Shown here: positions 10,778 through 21,659 of the stretch, in pieces | Layout: each line of letters opens with the position of its first letter | Position numbering within the stretch: the stretch's first letter is position 1 | Assembly: GCA_963729715.1 (NCBI GenBank) | Contig: CAVSPA010000004.1 | Coordinates: forward strand, 128,001 to 192,000 | DNA: 64,000 nt | Reading direction: 5' to 3' | Source: an uncultured delta proteobacterium | GTDB taxonomy: Bacteria; Desulfobacterota; Syntrophia; Syntrophales; UBA2185 | The notes under the pieces: generated by a model | The model's input: only the letters and a program-made list of their open reading frames with translations | Told to the model about the DNA's origin: nothing | Database searches by the model: none | Program-made: the position numbers and the translations under genes

Positions 10778-11233
10778 TCAGAAGTCATCATCCCTGAAGC
10801 CGAAGTAATCCTCCAGTATTTCTCCATGGTCAAATGCGATAGGTTCGGGCAGCGTATCTCTCGTAAATATGCCCACCTCTTTGGCGTCATCGGCGGCGCG
10901 CGGGGCGCCGCTCGCCTTTGCGATATAGACGGTGGATATCGAGTGGTGGCGGGGGTCTCTGTCCGGCCTCGAGTATGTATGAAACTGTCCGATGAGCTTT
11001 ATGTCGAGCCCGGTTTCTTCTTTGGCTTCTCTCACTGCGGCATCTTCAAGTGATTCTCCATAGTCGACAAAGCCGCCTGGGAGTGCCCATCCGAAGGGAT
11101 AATTCTTACGGGAAATGAGAATAACGCCCCGGTCATCGAGCTCGATGATGATATCCACTGTCGGAAAGGGATTCCGGTAGTGCTTTTCTTCTCCGCCACA
11201 GTTGGTGCTACGCACTTTTCTCTTGGCGCCCAT
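10778..11233 (-). CDS. Nudix hydrolase (ADP-ribose pyrophosphatase-like)
   Basis: Nudix box [36 protein letters not shown] at 11233 chosen over the track start 11245. Confidence 0.9.
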   Translation of the reverse strand: MGAKRKVRSTNCGGEEKHYRNPFPTVDIIIELDDRGVILISRKNYPFGWALPGGFVDYGESLEDAAVREAKEETGLDIKLIGQFHTYSRPDRDPRHHSISTVYIAKASGAPRAADDAKEVGIFTRDTLPEPIAFDHGEILEDYFGFRDDDF

Positions 11234-11304
11234 GACCTTCCACACTACGATTAGAATACCGTGCCTTGCCGGCCCCGCATTTGCTTGCGATAATCTGCAA
11301 CAAT

Positions 11305-11925
11305 CTATCCATTCTTGAGGTAGGCCTCCACTCTTTTTAAGAAATCACCGATCTCCGGGAAGAGCCCGTCTGCAAGATTGAAGCACCCTGTAAATACCGC
11401 AAGTGTGGGCGGGAGGGAATAGGTGTAAGCAGAAGTCCATTCAGGGAGACCGAATTTGGAGCTCGCAATCAGGGCGACGAAGCCCGTAAGAGGAAGGCCG
11501 CAGATTGCGATTCTGCCGAACATGCCGCGGTTCAGGTAAAGGAATCTTGAGATATGGAGTACTTTACACGTCACCCCGGTACCTATACACACGAGGAAGG
11601 CCAGAATGTTCATCTTCAGGGAGAATTCGAGAAGATTCCTGCCGAGAATGTTGAAGGTCCTTTGGGCGTGAAGCGGAAATTCCGCGAGATAATACTGGCC
11701 CACGTATGTCGCTATATAAACATGCCACAGCATCTTTAAAAAATAAAGAAGAACGGCATATCCGGCTGTGGCAGCTGCCACCAGGAGGCCTGCCTCAATC
11801 AACGCGCCGCACAGAGTTTTTAGGCAGGCGAAGAATCTCAATATCATGGATTCCGTATTACTGCGTTTGTGTATAACAGGCGGCATGGTGTTCGCCCCGA
11901 TGAAAGAGGAACTAACACTGAACAC
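11305..11925 (-). CDS. Hypothetical membrane protein
   Basis: 206-aa ORF with several hydrophobic segments, co-oriented between pckG and the Nudix gene; start uncertain. Confidence 0.6.
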   Translation of the reverse strand: MFSVSSSFIGANTMPPVIHKRSNTESMILRFFACLKTLCGALIEAGLLVAAATAGYAVLLYFLKMLWHVYIATYVGQYYLAEFPLHAQRTFNILGRNLLEFSLKMNILAFLVCIGTGVTCKVLHISRFLYLNRGMFGRIAICGLPLTGFVALIASSKFGLPEWTSAYTYSLPPTLAVFTGCFNLADGLFPEIGDFLKRVEAYLKNG

Positions 11926-12029
11926 AGACCCGCTTCAATCCGATATCAAGTCACTGCGCGCTAAATTGGACCTGCCCCGCTACAAAGCTTCTGCAACGGA
12001 GGGAAAAAGTTCCGTTCGATTAACAGACG

Positions 12030-13820
12030 CTATTTCTTTAGCAGCCTATTTTCAAGAGCGTTTAATTCGTCTCTGAGACCCTGAGGGAGCTTGTCTCCGA
12101 ATTGGCTGTAATGTTTCTTTATGCCCTCCACCTCCTGGAGCCAGGCGTTAACATCAACTCTAAGAAGTTCCGCCATGTCCTGGTCTGACACGTTAAGACC
12201 CGAAAGATCAATTGCACCGGGAGCAGGCACATAACCGATGGGTGTTTCCACGGCCTTGCCGGTTCCGTCGATCCTTTCGCAGATCCATTTGAGGACGCGG
12301 CTGTTCTCACCGTAGCCCGGCCATAACCACTTACCGTCTGACGTTTTGCGGAACCAGTTTACATAGAAGATCTTGGGTAGATTCTTCGCGTCCGTCTTCT
12401 TTCCTATGTCGAGCCAGTGCTTGAAATAGTCGCCCATGTGGTAGCCGCAGAAAGGCAGCATTGCGAAAGGGTCTCTCCGCACATCACCGACTGTTCCGGC
12501 CGCTGCGGCGGTTTTTTCGGAGCTGGCGATTGATCCCATAAAGGTGCCGTGCTGCCAGCTGAAGGCCTCGCATACGAGAGGTATCACAGTGGCCCGCCGG
12601 CCGCCGAATAGAAATGCGGAGACAGGAACGCCTTTGGGGTCCACCCACGCGGGATCAATGACAGGACATTGGCCTGCCGGGGATGTGAAGCGCGCGTTGG
12701 GATGTGATGAATCACGGCCGGACGCGCGCGTCCAGGGCTGCCCTTTCCAGTCAATGAGTTTCTCGGGCTTCTCCTTTGTCATTCCTTCCCACCAGACATC
12801 GCCGTCAGGCGTTAATGCGACATTGGTAAAAATAGAATTCTTGGTCATGCTGAGCATGGCGTTTGGATTGGACTCCATCGATGTCCCCGGAGCAACGCCG
12901 AAGAAACCGTATTCAGGATTGATGGCGTGGAGTTTTTCGTCAGCGTCGAACTTCATCCATGCAATATCGTCTCCCACGGTCTCTACTTTCCATCCGGGAA
13001 TTGTCGGTATCAGCATGGCAAGATTGGTCTTGCCACAGGCGCTGGGGAAGGCGCCTGTAATATAGCGTTTCACACCTTTCGGGGATGTAATCCCTAATAT
13101 CAGCATGTGTTCGGCCATCCAGACCTGGTCACGTGCCATAACCGAAGCAATGCGAAGCGAAAAGCATTTCTTGCCCAGGAGGGCATTTCCGCCATAACCG
13201 CTTCCGAAGGACCAGATTTCTCTCGTCTCGGGAAAGTGGACTATGTATTTGTGCTCGTTATTGCAGGGCCACAGCACGTCCTTCTCGCCGGGCTTAAGCG
13301 GCTTGCCGACAGAGTGCAGGCAGGGGACGAAGTTTCCGTCCTTTCCGAGGATGTCAAGAACGGCTTTGCCCATGCGCGTCATGATCTTCATGTTGCAGAC
13401 TACATACGGCGAATCGGTTATCTCAATGCCGATATGGGCGATCTTGGAGCCGAGCGGCCCCATGCTGAATGGGATGACATACATGGTTCTTCCCCTCATG
13501 GAGCCGCTGAATAACCCGATGAGGGTTTTCTTCATTTCTTCGGGGTCGGACCAGTTATTTGTCGGCCCGGCGTCCTCTTTCTTTTTCGAACAGATAAACG
13601 TGCGTTCTTCGACCCGTGCCACATCTGCGGGATCAGACCTGGAGAGATAACAGTTCGGCCTCTTCTGCTCATTCAGTTTAATGAAAGTGCCGGACTTGAC
13701 AAGGGCGCCACACATTTCATCATATTCCTTTTCTGATCCATCGCACCAATGCACGCGCTCGGGCTTGCAAAGATGTGCCATTTCCTCTACCCATTTAACA
13801 AGTTTCTGATTCGATGTCAT
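12030..13820 (-). CDS. pckG: Phosphoenolpyruvate carboxykinase (GTP)
   Basis: [64 protein letters not shown]. Confidence 0.97.
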   Translation of the reverse strand: MTSNQKLVKWVEEMAHLCKPERVHWCDGSEKEYDEMCGALVKSGTFIKLNEQKRPNCYLSRSDPADVARVEERTFICSKKKEDAGPTNNWSDPEEMKKTLIGLFSGSMRGRTMYVIPFSMGPLGSKIAHIGIEITDSPYVVCNMKIMTRMGKAVLDILGKDGNFVPCLHSVGKPLKPGEKDVLWPCNNEHKYIVHFPETREIWSFGSGYGGNALLGKKCFSLRIASVMARDQVWMAEHMLILGITSPKGVKRYITGAFPSACGKTNLAMLIPTIPGWKVETVGDDIAWMKFDADEKLHAINPEYGFFGVAPGTSMESNPNAMLSMTKNSIFTNVALTPDGDVWWEGMTKEKPEKLIDWKGQPWTRASGRDSSHPNARFTSPAGQCPVIDPAWVDPKGVPVSAFLFGGRRATVIPLVCEAFSWQHGTFMGSIASSEKTAAAAGTVGDVRRDPFAMLPFCGYHMGDYFKHWLDIGKKTDAKNLPKIFYVNWFRKTSDGKWLWPGYGENSRVLKWICERIDGTGKAVETPIGYVPAPGAIDLSGLNVSDQDMAELLRVDVNAWLQEVEGIKKHYSQFGDKLPQGLRDELNALENRLLKK

Positions 13821-13851
13821 CGCTATCCTTCTTTCTAAAAATGTTATCTTC

Positions 13852-13888
13852 TACGAATTCGTAAAAATATCTTTCTTACGAAGACGTT
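13852..13888. promoter_or_regulatory. Candidate operator pair upstream of pckG
   Basis: Perfect palindrome TACGAATTCGTA (13852-13863) and a degenerate copy TACGAAGACGTT (13877-13888). Confidence 0.4.
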
Positions 13889-14155
13889 CATTCATAACTC
13901 CGTGTGCGAGATTTAGTCAAACCATTTTTGTCAATTGCGTTCTACGAGAATCGTTTCCGGGACCTGCATCCACATGTTTAGGTTGAATTTAGGGAAGATG
14001 TGAAGATGACTTAAATCTCGCTGACTCTAATTTCCGCATAACGCCCCATTCTAAGTTTTGAAAGTATAGACAAGAGGGCTTTATGTGTCAAGAGAAAACG
14101 CGTGCATGTATGGTGGAACAAGTATCCCTTTTCCGGCAGAAATAAGAAATGAGCC

Positions 14156-14184
14156 TTGACAATTGCAGGGCAATAAATTAGTTT
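14156..14184 (+). promoter_or_regulatory. Candidate sigma70 promoter for the EIIA gene
   Basis: TTGACA (14156-14161), 17-nt spacer, TAGTTT (14179-14184). Confidence 0.5.
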
Positions 14185-14217
14185 ACGCATCGGTGAAGGA
14201 CTTTCAGGAGACAGACG

Positions 14218-14625
14218 ATGATCGGCGTTCTCATAACAACCCATGGCAATCTCGGCAGTGAACTGATAAAGGCAGCTGAGCTGATAAAAGGGAAATTCGA
14301 AGGGGTGAGCTGCGTCTCCGTGGATCAGAAGAAGGGGATGGAAGACATAAAGAAGGAAATGAGCCAGTTGATCAAGAAACTGGACCATGGCCAGGGTGTC
14401 TTGATACTGACGGATCTCTTCGGCGGCACACCTTCAAACATCTCCCTGTCTTTCCTGAAAGAAGGAAAACTGGAGGTCGTAACCGGCGTAAATCTGCCGA
14501 TGCTTCTGAAACTTGATGAAAAGAGGCAGGAAATGAAGCTGAAGGATTTTGCCTCCTATATAAAGGAGTACGGCAAGAAGAATATTTACTTAGCGAGCGA
14601 GGTATTGAGCAAAAAGGTGGAATAG
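14218..14625 (+). CDS. PTS EIIA component, mannose/fructose family
   Basis: ITTHG (phospho-His), LTDLFGGTPSN, GVNLPML; RBS CAGGAG. Confidence 0.92.
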   Translation: MIGVLITTHGNLGSELIKAAELIKGKFEGVSCVSVDQKKGMEDIKKEMSQLIKKLDHGQGVLILTDLFGGTPSNISLSFLKEGKLEVVTGVNLPMLLKLDEKRQEMKLKDFASYIKEYGKKNIYLASEVLSKKVE

Positions 14626-14685
14626 AGAATTGATGCACATATATCATGCACACGCGCGGCATGATTAAGACAATGAAATAACCCC

Positions 14686-15228
14686 ATGGCGTTTCCCTCC
14701 CAACAGCATCCGTCAGGATGTACACATCCGGGCCAGATGGATCAACAATCGATTGAAATCATAAGTATGGCATTAGAAGATCTCGACGATATTTTAGCCA
14801 TTGAGATTTCATCGTTTTCCAGGCCGTGGTCGAAAGATGTGTTTATGCGGGAACTTCAAATACCCATCTCTCGCAACCTCATGGCGCGGATTCATAAAGA
14901 TCAACATAACCAAATTGCAGGATACGTGACCTACTGGATAATTGCCGGAGAACTTCAGGTTCATAAAATTTGTGTCAGGGAGGACTTGAGAAAATCAGGG
15001 ATCGCCTCGAGGCTCATGGCGGAAATGATCAGGCTCTCCCAGTGTGAAGGCGTCACCCTTTGCAGCCTGGAAGTCGGCCGATCAAATGAAGGCGCGAAAC
15101 GGTTGTATGAAAAATTCGGCTTTGAGGTTACGGATATAAGACCGCATTATTATACAGAATCGGGAGACGATGCACTGATCTTATGTGCGGAGCTGAAAAA
15201 ATGTTTGCAATTTATCGGTAAAGAATAA
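14686..15228 (+). CDS. rimI: Ribosomal-protein-alanine N-acetyltransferase (GNAT)
   Basis: IEISSFSRPWS, RKSGIA, LEVGRSNEGAKRLYEKFGF, RPHYY...DA. True start may be MDQQ (14737). Confidence 0.85.
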   Translation: MAFPSQQHPSGCTHPGQMDQQSIEIISMALEDLDDILAIEISSFSRPWSKDVFMRELQIPISRNLMARIHKDQHNQIAGYVTYWIIAGELQVHKICVREDLRKSGIASRLMAEMIRLSQCEGVTLCSLEVGRSNEGAKRLYEKFGFEVTDIRPHYYTESGDDALILCAELKKCLQFIGKE

Positions 15229-15243
15229 ATTATAGACTTCATA

Positions 15244-16047
15244 ATGAATGGTAAAATCCTTAAAAACGAGGAAATATGCACGGGGCATTTTTTACTGAAG
15301 GTGAGGCTGCCTCTCACATTTAAGGCGCCCATGCCCGGACAGTTTATCATGGCGCGGGAGCCGGGTCGCATTGATCCGCTCCTGGGAAGACCGTTCGGTG
15401 TTTATGGTTTTGAAGGGTCCCAGGATGAAGTAACAGTCGAGATACTCTATAAGGTTGTAGGAAAAGGCACGCTGCTGCTGTCGAGGCTTACGGAGGGCGA
15501 TTTCATAGAGGTCTTGGGTCCACATGGCCGGGCGTTTGATATTGACCCGGATGCTGGAAAGGTTGTCTTTGTATGCGGGGGAATAGGCGTTGCTCCGATC
15601 ACATATCTTGCGTCGCATTACAGAAGACTCACCAAGGCGAAGGATGTCGAGCTGATCTGCTATTATGGTGCAAGTAAGGCGGCAAACCTTGTCGGCATCG
15701 AAAAGTTAAAAAAAATATGCAGCCACGTATTCATAAGCACGGACGACGGTTCTCATGGTTTTCAGGGACTGATAACGGAAAGATTCTCAGCAGATATTTC
15801 ATCCTATGATCCCGGAAGTGCGAAGATATACGCATGCGGCCCGCGATCCATGTTAAAGGAATTAGCAGAGCTCCTGGTAGAGAATTCGGTGTTCTGTCAG
15901 ATATTGATCGAGGAACGCATGGCGTGCGGTCTGGGAGCATGCCTCGGCTGTACGGTCTTGTTGAAAGAGGGCGAAGGAAGAGGGGAGCACGCGCGCGCCT
16001 GCATGGAGGGACCCGTGTTCAACATTGGGGACATCCACTGGGATTAA
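15244..16047 (+). CDS. pyrK: Dihydroorotate dehydrogenase electron-transfer subunit
   Basis: PGQF, LGRPFG, GGIGVAP, ACGP, 2Fe-2S motif MACGLGACLGC...C.EGPVF; adjacent to pyrD. Confidence 0.93.
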   Translation: MNGKILKNEEICTGHFLLKVRLPLTFKAPMPGQFIMAREPGRIDPLLGRPFGVYGFEGSQDEVTVEILYKVVGKGTLLLSRLTEGDFIEVLGPHGRAFDIDPDAGKVVFVCGGIGVAPITYLASHYRRLTKAKDVELICYYGASKAANLVGIEKLKKICSHVFISTDDGSHGFQGLITERFSADISSYDPGSAKIYACGPRSMLKELAELLVENSVFCQILIEERMACGLGACLGCTVLLKEGEGRGEHARACMEGPVFNIGDIHWD

Positions 16048-16092
16048 CTCTACACCTGCAGTTAATGAGAATCAGAAGCGAGACGGGAAACT

Positions 16093-17031
16093 ATGAAAAA
16101 TGCCGGGCCGGAAATGCAGGTTGATATAGGCGGCTTGATTATCAAGAATCCGGTGCTGACTGCTTCCGGCACTTTTGGCTATGGCAAAGAGTATGCCCCG
16201 TATCTTGATATAAGTCGTTTGGGAGCCATAATTGCCAAAGGCGTATCATTAGAGCCGAGGGCCGGAAATAAGCCTCCCAGGATTATGGAGACCCCCTGCG
16301 GCATGCTCAATGCCATAGGATTGGAAAATCCGGGCGTGCATGCATTCATTAAGGAGAAGCTGCCTTTCCTCAGGCAGTTCACGGTGCCGGTCATCGCCAA
16401 TGTCTTTGGTGAAACGATCGATGATTTCAAGAAGATTACGGAGCTGCTCTCCGAGTCGAAAGGTGTAGAAGCTCTGGAAATCAATATATCCTGCCCCAAT
16501 GTAAAGAAGGGCGGAATTATTTTCGGTTCGGACCCCGATATGGCCCACGCCGTGACCAGAGAGGTGAAGCGCCTAACAGACCTTCCCGTAATAATCAAAC
16601 TCACGCCTAACGTGACAGACATCTGTTTGATTGCAGAAAGCGTAGAGGAGGGTGGGGCGGATGCAGTGTCTCTCATTAATACACTGACGGGCATGTCTGT
16701 GGACATTGAGCGCAGGATACCCCGTCTTGCAAATATCACCGGGGGCCTCTCCGGTCCCGCCATAAGACCGATTGCCCTGAGAATGGTGTGGCAGGTGGCA
16801 AAGAGGGTCAAAATACCGGTGATCGGGATCGGAGGTATCTTAAATGCCGCTGACGCCCTGGAGTTCCTCATAGTAGGTGCGCGGGCCGTTCAGATTGGAA
16901 CCGCTAATTTTATCAATCCCTGTGCCACGACGGATGTCATCGATGGCATTGAAGATTATCTCAAGCGACATAATATAACCGATGTCAATGATCTGATTGG
17001 GACATTCGATGAGGAGGGCAATACATGTTAA
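16093..17031 (+). CDS. pyrD: Dihydroorotate dehydrogenase B, catalytic subunit
   Basis: NPVLTASGTFGYG, NAIGLENPG, EINISCPN, KLTPNVTDI, GGLSGPAI. Confidence 0.96.
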   Translation: MKNAGPEMQVDIGGLIIKNPVLTASGTFGYGKEYAPYLDISRLGAIIAKGVSLEPRAGNKPPRIMETPCGMLNAIGLENPGVHAFIKEKLPFLRQFTVPVIANVFGETIDDFKKITELLSESKGVEALEINISCPNVKKGGIIFGSDPDMAHAVTREVKRLTDLPVIIKLTPNVTDICLIAESVEEGGADAVSLINTLTGMSVDIERRIPRLANITGGLSGPAIRPIALRMVWQVAKRVKIPVIGIGGILNAADALEFLIVGARAVQIGTANFINPCATTDVIDGIEDYLKRHNITDVNDLIGTFDEEGNTC

Positions 17032-17882
17032 AATCAATCCTATCCATATTAATCTGTGTATTTGCAGTTGGGAATGCCTATGCGATTCAATCCACGATCA
17101 TGGATGCGGGGGGCTATGCCTGCATGGGAGAAGACAAGTCTCGGAAACAGACCGAACAGACCGCCATGGCGGATGCGAAGAGAAACGCCGTCGAGTATGC
17201 CATCACATATGTGAAGAGTGAAACAAAGGTCAAAGACCTGCAGATCGAGGAAGACATGATCAAGGCGTATTCCAATGCCGCTGTAAAGATCCTCGAGGTT
17301 AAGGAAAACCGCTGGTACAAGGACGAGCGGATGGGCGATTGTTACAAGACAAAAATCAAAGCGGAGGTAATTCCGGATGAAAAAGCGGTGAAAGAAATAA
17401 TTGCTGGCCGACTTTCCAATGATAATCCCGGATTGCCGTTGAATGTTCGCATCTGGACGGACAAAGAGAAATATCAAAAGGGCGAAAAGATCAAGATCTA
17501 TATAAAAGGAAACAAGCCGTTTTACGCCCGTGTACATTACAAAGATGCTAAGGGCGAAATGCTGCAGATTCTTCCCAATCCTTACAGAAGCGAGAACTAC
17601 TTCAACGGTGGTGTGATATATGAAATACCGTCGGGCAATGACAGGTTTGAGCTTGAAGTCAGTCCCCCCTTCGGTGAAGAACGTATCATTCTTTACACGA
17701 GCACAACCCCCCTCGGAGATATCAGTCTGGCAAAGGAGGGAGGCGTTTATCAGGTTAAGACGGGAGAAAAGGATATAGGGATTAAGACCAGAGGCGTCAA
17801 GTTGAAGGCAATGGTTGAGGACGGCAAATCGCAGGCGTCCGAGTTCTTCGAAGAGCGCATGACAATCAGGACTGGAAAGTGA
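17025..17882 (+). CDS. Exported protein, probable DUF4384 domain
   Basis: N-terminal signal-like segment; C-terminal WTDKEKYQKGEKIKIY...QILPN...FELEVSPPFGEE typical of DUF4384; overlaps the pyrD stop by 7 nt. Confidence 0.7.
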   Translation: MLKSILSILICVFAVGNAYAIQSTIMDAGGYACMGEDKSRKQTEQTAMADAKRNAVEYAITYVKSETKVKDLQIEEDMIKAYSNAAVKILEVKENRWYKDERMGDCYKTKIKAEVIPDEKAVKEIIAGRLSNDNPGLPLNVRIWTDKEKYQKGEKIKIYIKGNKPFYARVHYKDAKGEMLQILPNPYRSENYFNGGVIYEIPSGNDRFELEVSPPFGEERIILYTSTTPLGDISLAKEGGVYQVKTGEKDIGIKTRGVKLKAMVEDGKSQASEFFEERMTIRTGK

Positions 17883-18016
17883 AAGGGAATGCATGCTTTC
17901 CTTGCATGATGACGTGGCGAGACGAAAATATCTTACTTTACAGCTGTCATGACGACGGGAGGCCCTTCCATTTCACGAGATGCGGCCAGATGGAAAGGAT
18001 AAGCGGGTGAATTGCA

Positions 18017-18700
18017 ATGGGGAAGGCGAGGACCATTATAGATGGTGTTTATCTCATCGGCGGTCCGGATGTCTCGCGCGGCGATGATGCAACATCGTTC
18101 ATCGTCGACTTTGGCGGCGAGTTGGTGATGATTGATGCCGGCGCCGGCGGGAGCTCCCGGATACTGCAAAAGAACATAGAAGACGCCGGACTCGATCCGA
18201 AGACAATCTCAACCCTTATTCTCACCCATAACCATATTGACCATATAGGTTCGGCCCCGTATTTCAGAACACAGTTCGGATGCAAGATCGTGATGCATGA
18301 CTTGGACGCGGGCGCCGTTGAGGAAGGCGACAGTGTCCGGACGGCTGCCAGTTGTTACGGGACCCTTTTTCCCCCGACTTCGATCGACCGCAAGATCACT
18401 GGAGATCACGAAGTCCTCCGTTTTGGCGGGAGCGCACTCCACTGCCTGCATACGCCTGGGCATACGCCTGGGTCTCTGTCCATATATCTTGACAGGGCAG
18501 GGAAGCGCGTATTATTCGGCCAGGACATCCACGGGCCGTTTTTGGACATCTTTGGATCCGATATAGGGAAGTGGAAAAAATCGATGAACAAACTCCTCGC
18601 CCTGGAGGCTGACATACTCTGTGAAGGCCATTTTGGAATTTTCGAGCCTAAGGAAAATGTCAAACGGTACATCAACGGTTACCTAAAGAATCACTCGTAA
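18017..18700 (+). CDS. MBL-fold metallo-hydrolase
   Basis: THNHIDHIG, HTPGHTPGS, GQD, EGH. Confidence 0.9.
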   Translation: MGKARTIIDGVYLIGGPDVSRGDDATSFIVDFGGELVMIDAGAGGSSRILQKNIEDAGLDPKTISTLILTHNHIDHIGSAPYFRTQFGCKIVMHDLDAGAVEEGDSVRTAASCYGTLFPPTSIDRKITGDHEVLRFGGSALHCLHTPGHTPGSLSIYLDRAGKRVLFGQDIHGPFLDIFGSDIGKWKKSMNKLLALEADILCEGHFGIFEPKENVKRYINGYLKNHS

Positions 18701-18771
18701 GAAAGATATCCGAAAGGGCGGAGCAATAGGATTGCACAAATTGGGGATTCCCCCAGTCCGTCATTTTGTCA

Positions 18772-18800
18772 TTGACGAAATGGTTTCAGTCTCCTACATT
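18772..18800 (+). promoter_or_regulatory. Candidate sigma70 promoter
   Basis: TTGACG, 17-nt spacer, TACATT, upstream of the split ORF at 18903. Confidence 0.45.
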
Positions 18801-18902
18801 CACAATATGTGAATTGAACGGGAAATATCGGCTGCGTGCTTATAAGAAATGCTGGCCGTAGAATCGTTGCAGTTTTTCTCCGTGTAAAGGGACGCTGCTT
18901 GT

Positions 18903-19278
18903 ATGAAAGCAATATCGTTGGAAGTGGTAAGCAATTTTCTTACGACCTACAGTCACTGCACCAGATGTGAGGTCGTCTTCCGTGAGTCGGGGCTTGGGAA
19001 GGAGGCGAATAAGGGGGATATTGAAGAATATCCTGCGGAGTTAAAAGAAGAAATTATGAAGCTCTCCGATCGGCTTGGTGAGCTTAAGCAATTGTACAAA
19101 CCGAATTGATATCCGCCTGACTGACGCTCAGTCACCACGCGGCATATACAAATCCCTTATACACCGTCTGCGCCAATATCCTGCGTTCATCATTGGAGAA
19201 AAAGATGTTTATGTCGGATGGGATCGTGAAAGGCTCGAGGAGCTTGTCGATAAATATTTAAGAGCAGGCGGCTCCTAA
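18903..19278 (+). pseudogene. Frameshifted small CxxC / thioredoxin-like hypothetical protein
   Basis: ORFs 18903..19109 and 19075..19278 join into one plausible ~125-aa protein (HCTRC...LKQLYK / RIDIRLTDAQSP...YPAFII) through a +1 shift near 19100. Confidence 0.6.
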
Positions 19279-19283
19279 AACAG

Positions 19284-21524
19284 TCAGCTCTTGCTCATGA
19301 TCCTGCCCATAGCCTTCGCTGCAGCGGCTCTCACTGTAGGATGGTAAGATGTCAGGGTGAGAAAGGTTCTGTGTTTGCGGACTCCCCTTAGAAAGGGCAA
19401 GGCCTGTTTGTCGCCTATGTTCCCCAGGGCGAGACAGATCTTTTCCTGCAAGTCGATTTTTATGTCTTCAGGCAGTGTGAGCTTGGATTTAAACAGTTCA
19501 ATGAGAGGCTTTACGGCATTTCGGTATTTCAAGGAACCCAACGCGGTTACCACGCCTGCCTTGACGCGATCATCACATTCAGGCAGGATATTCAGGAGAA
19601 GCTCAGCCTTGGGCCTTCCTCCTATTTGACTGATACTTCTTACGGCTTCTCTTTGGACGCGGTGATCACTATGGAGGAGATGCGATGCGATGATTTTTGA
19701 ATGCTCATCGCTTCCAATCCTCCCTAAGAGACGCACCAGATTTCTCATATAATACCAGGGAGGGTCTTGATTAATCCTCTCCAATACGGGTGGCGCGGCC
19801 GCAGGGCCCATCTCAGGTATAAGGTTTAAAATCAGGATGCGCTCGGAACTGTCTTCACTTTTCTTCAGGATATCGAGAAGGCGGTTTATAGATGAGTCAA
19901 CCATTAAAACGAGAACCTGTCCTGCCTCATTTCTTTTGTCGTTCCTGTCAGTCAGGAAGTCTTGTATGAGAGAATTTAATATTTTATCGGAAGCGATTTC
20001 CTTCATCGTGTCAGAAGCGGCGGAGGTTATCTCCTCGTTTTTGTCGAGTTCCTTGGAAACGATGAGCCGGAAGGTCTCTATGATGGGATGACTTTCCATG
20101 AACTGCTGATCCTGAATGTGGCTTTGAGCAAGGTCACTCAGATGGGCGGAGACGGATCTGTATGCATCAGTGTACTTGGTTTCAAATTTTATCCAGTTTA
20201 TAAGCTTGGCGGAAAGCCTGTTCAATATTTCTCTCCGCTTCTTTAGGGAGAGGCTATCGAGGGCTTTAACCAGGGCCTCAGATACCTCTATCCGGATATC
20301 GACATCATAGTTGAAGAGCTCATTGCTCAAGCGATCAATGAGCTCTTCAGCTATTTCGTTTTCACCCACGGCGAAGAGGTCTTGGATTATATCATCGAAC
20401 GACGTCGCGATTCTCTCGTCAAGTATCCCCTGTTCGAGATTGTTTAGGATACTGCTTCCTGTTTCTCTGAGATCAGCGATTTTCCTGTTGTGCTCTGCTT
20501 CTTCGCGCGCTTTTATTTCTTCAATCCGCTTTTGGAGTTCAATGCCCCTTTCTGAACTCATCATACTGTCATAGGCTTGCTGCATGTAGGCAATTCTCGG
20601 GTCGGCGCTCGTATCGCCCTTTTTGCCGACGCGATCCAATATCTGGCCGATCATGCCTACTACTCTCTCAAACTTCTCGGAGTCCATCCGGGTGACGATG
20701 TCGCCGAAAAGCTGGCTGCCGAGGAGGCTTTCGATATTTTGAGCCAAAGTCATGGCAATAAGCTCAGCATCCATGTCCGATATGTATCCGGCAATGAGGT
20801 GGGAGATTTTTCCCTTATCTGCGTTGACGGAAATGTCATCCACGGCGAATAGCATATTGAACATGCTCTTGGATAACTTGGCGCTGGAGGCTGTGCCCGC
20901 TCTTGAAAAAATATTATTCATTCCCGATTGAAAAATTCGTGAGACCCATTCAGGATCCTGCGCCATGTCCTTCACTTTTTGAGGATCTAAAATGGCATTC
21001 GGATCTTCGGCCGTGATATACTTAACGATTTCCTCATCTTTTATATCAATGCTCGCCATGAGTTGATGCTCTTCATCCTTGGCGATGTAAATTTTTTGAT
21101 TAAGCAGAATGTGGGGCATTCTCCCTTCAGATATGATCTGATCCCATACTTTCTTTATTTGCAAATCATCTGGTTTCTTTCCTATTATTTCGAGAAGGGG
21201 CACAAGCTCGATCTTATCGAGACCCCTCATAAACGTGATACTTTTGATTCCCCAATTCATAATCAATACCAGAAATATTGCCACATGAGCCTTTCCTTTA
21301 TGCTTTGGGCCGAGTGGCTCACCCTCTACGAGCAGATTTTTTTCCGATTCGGAAAAGATCACCGATTCCACATCTTCAAGAATGTCTCGCAAACTCTCAT
21401 ACAGCCTGTCAATGCTCCTTGTAACCATTGCATTTGTGGGTGGATAAAGACGCAAATTGATGATTGCCGTATTCATCATGACCAAAGCATTCACTGACTT
21501 GTCTTGCAGAACCAGAGGCGTCAT
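19284..21524 (-). CDS. HEAT-repeat domain protein
   Basis: 746 aa; C-terminal HEAT-like units (PWYYMRNLVRLLGRIG, RVQREAVRSISQIG, ICLALGNIG); N-terminal LRLYPP segment. Confidence 0.8.
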   Translation of the reverse strand: MTPLVLQDKSVNALVMMNTAIINLRLYPPTNAMVTRSIDRLYESLRDILEDVESVIFSESEKNLLVEGEPLGPKHKGKAHVAIFLVLIMNWGIKSITFMRGLDKIELVPLLEIIGKKPDDLQIKKVWDQIISEGRMPHILLNQKIYIAKDEEHQLMASIDIKDEEIVKYITAEDPNAILDPQKVKDMAQDPEWVSRIFQSGMNNIFSRAGTASSAKLSKSMFNMLFAVDDISVNADKGKISHLIAGYISDMDAELIAMTLAQNIESLLGSQLFGDIVTRMDSEKFERVVGMIGQILDRVGKKGDTSADPRIAYMQQAYDSMMSSERGIELQKRIEEIKAREEAEHNRKIADLRETGSSILNNLEQGILDERIATSFDDIIQDLFAVGENEIAEELIDRLSNELFNYDVDIRIEVSEALVKALDSLSLKKRREILNRLSAKLINWIKFETKYTDAYRSVSAHLSDLAQSHIQDQQFMESHPIIETFRLIVSKELDKNEEITSAASDTMKEIASDKILNSLIQDFLTDRNDKRNEAGQVLVLMVDSSINRLLDILKKSEDSSERILILNLIPEMGPAAAPPVLERINQDPPWYYMRNLVRLLGRIGSDEHSKIIASHLLHSDHRVQREAVRSISQIGGRPKAELLLNILPECDDRVKAGVVTALGSLKYRNAVKPLIELFKSKLTLPEDIKIDLQEKICLALGNIGDKQALPFLRGVRKHRTFLTLTSYHPTVRAAAAKAMGRIMSKS

Positions 21525-21659
21525 TCCTTCTCCCGATGCACCAGCCGCTTGTCACACCCTTTGCAGCAATATTCTTGGCATATTATAACGCAAATTCAAT
21601 TAAATGTGTAAAATCTTTTCGAGTTTGCTCTAAAATTGGCACTTTTTTAGCAAAGGAAT

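Noticed and set aside
17049..17894. 281-aa antisense ORF
   Set aside because: Lies entirely opposite the DUF4384-like gene and has no recognisable motifs; shadow ORF.
18449..18472. Perfect 12-bp tandem repeat CATACGCCTGGG x2
   Set aside because: Simply encodes the normal HTPGHTPG motif of MBL-fold hydrolases.
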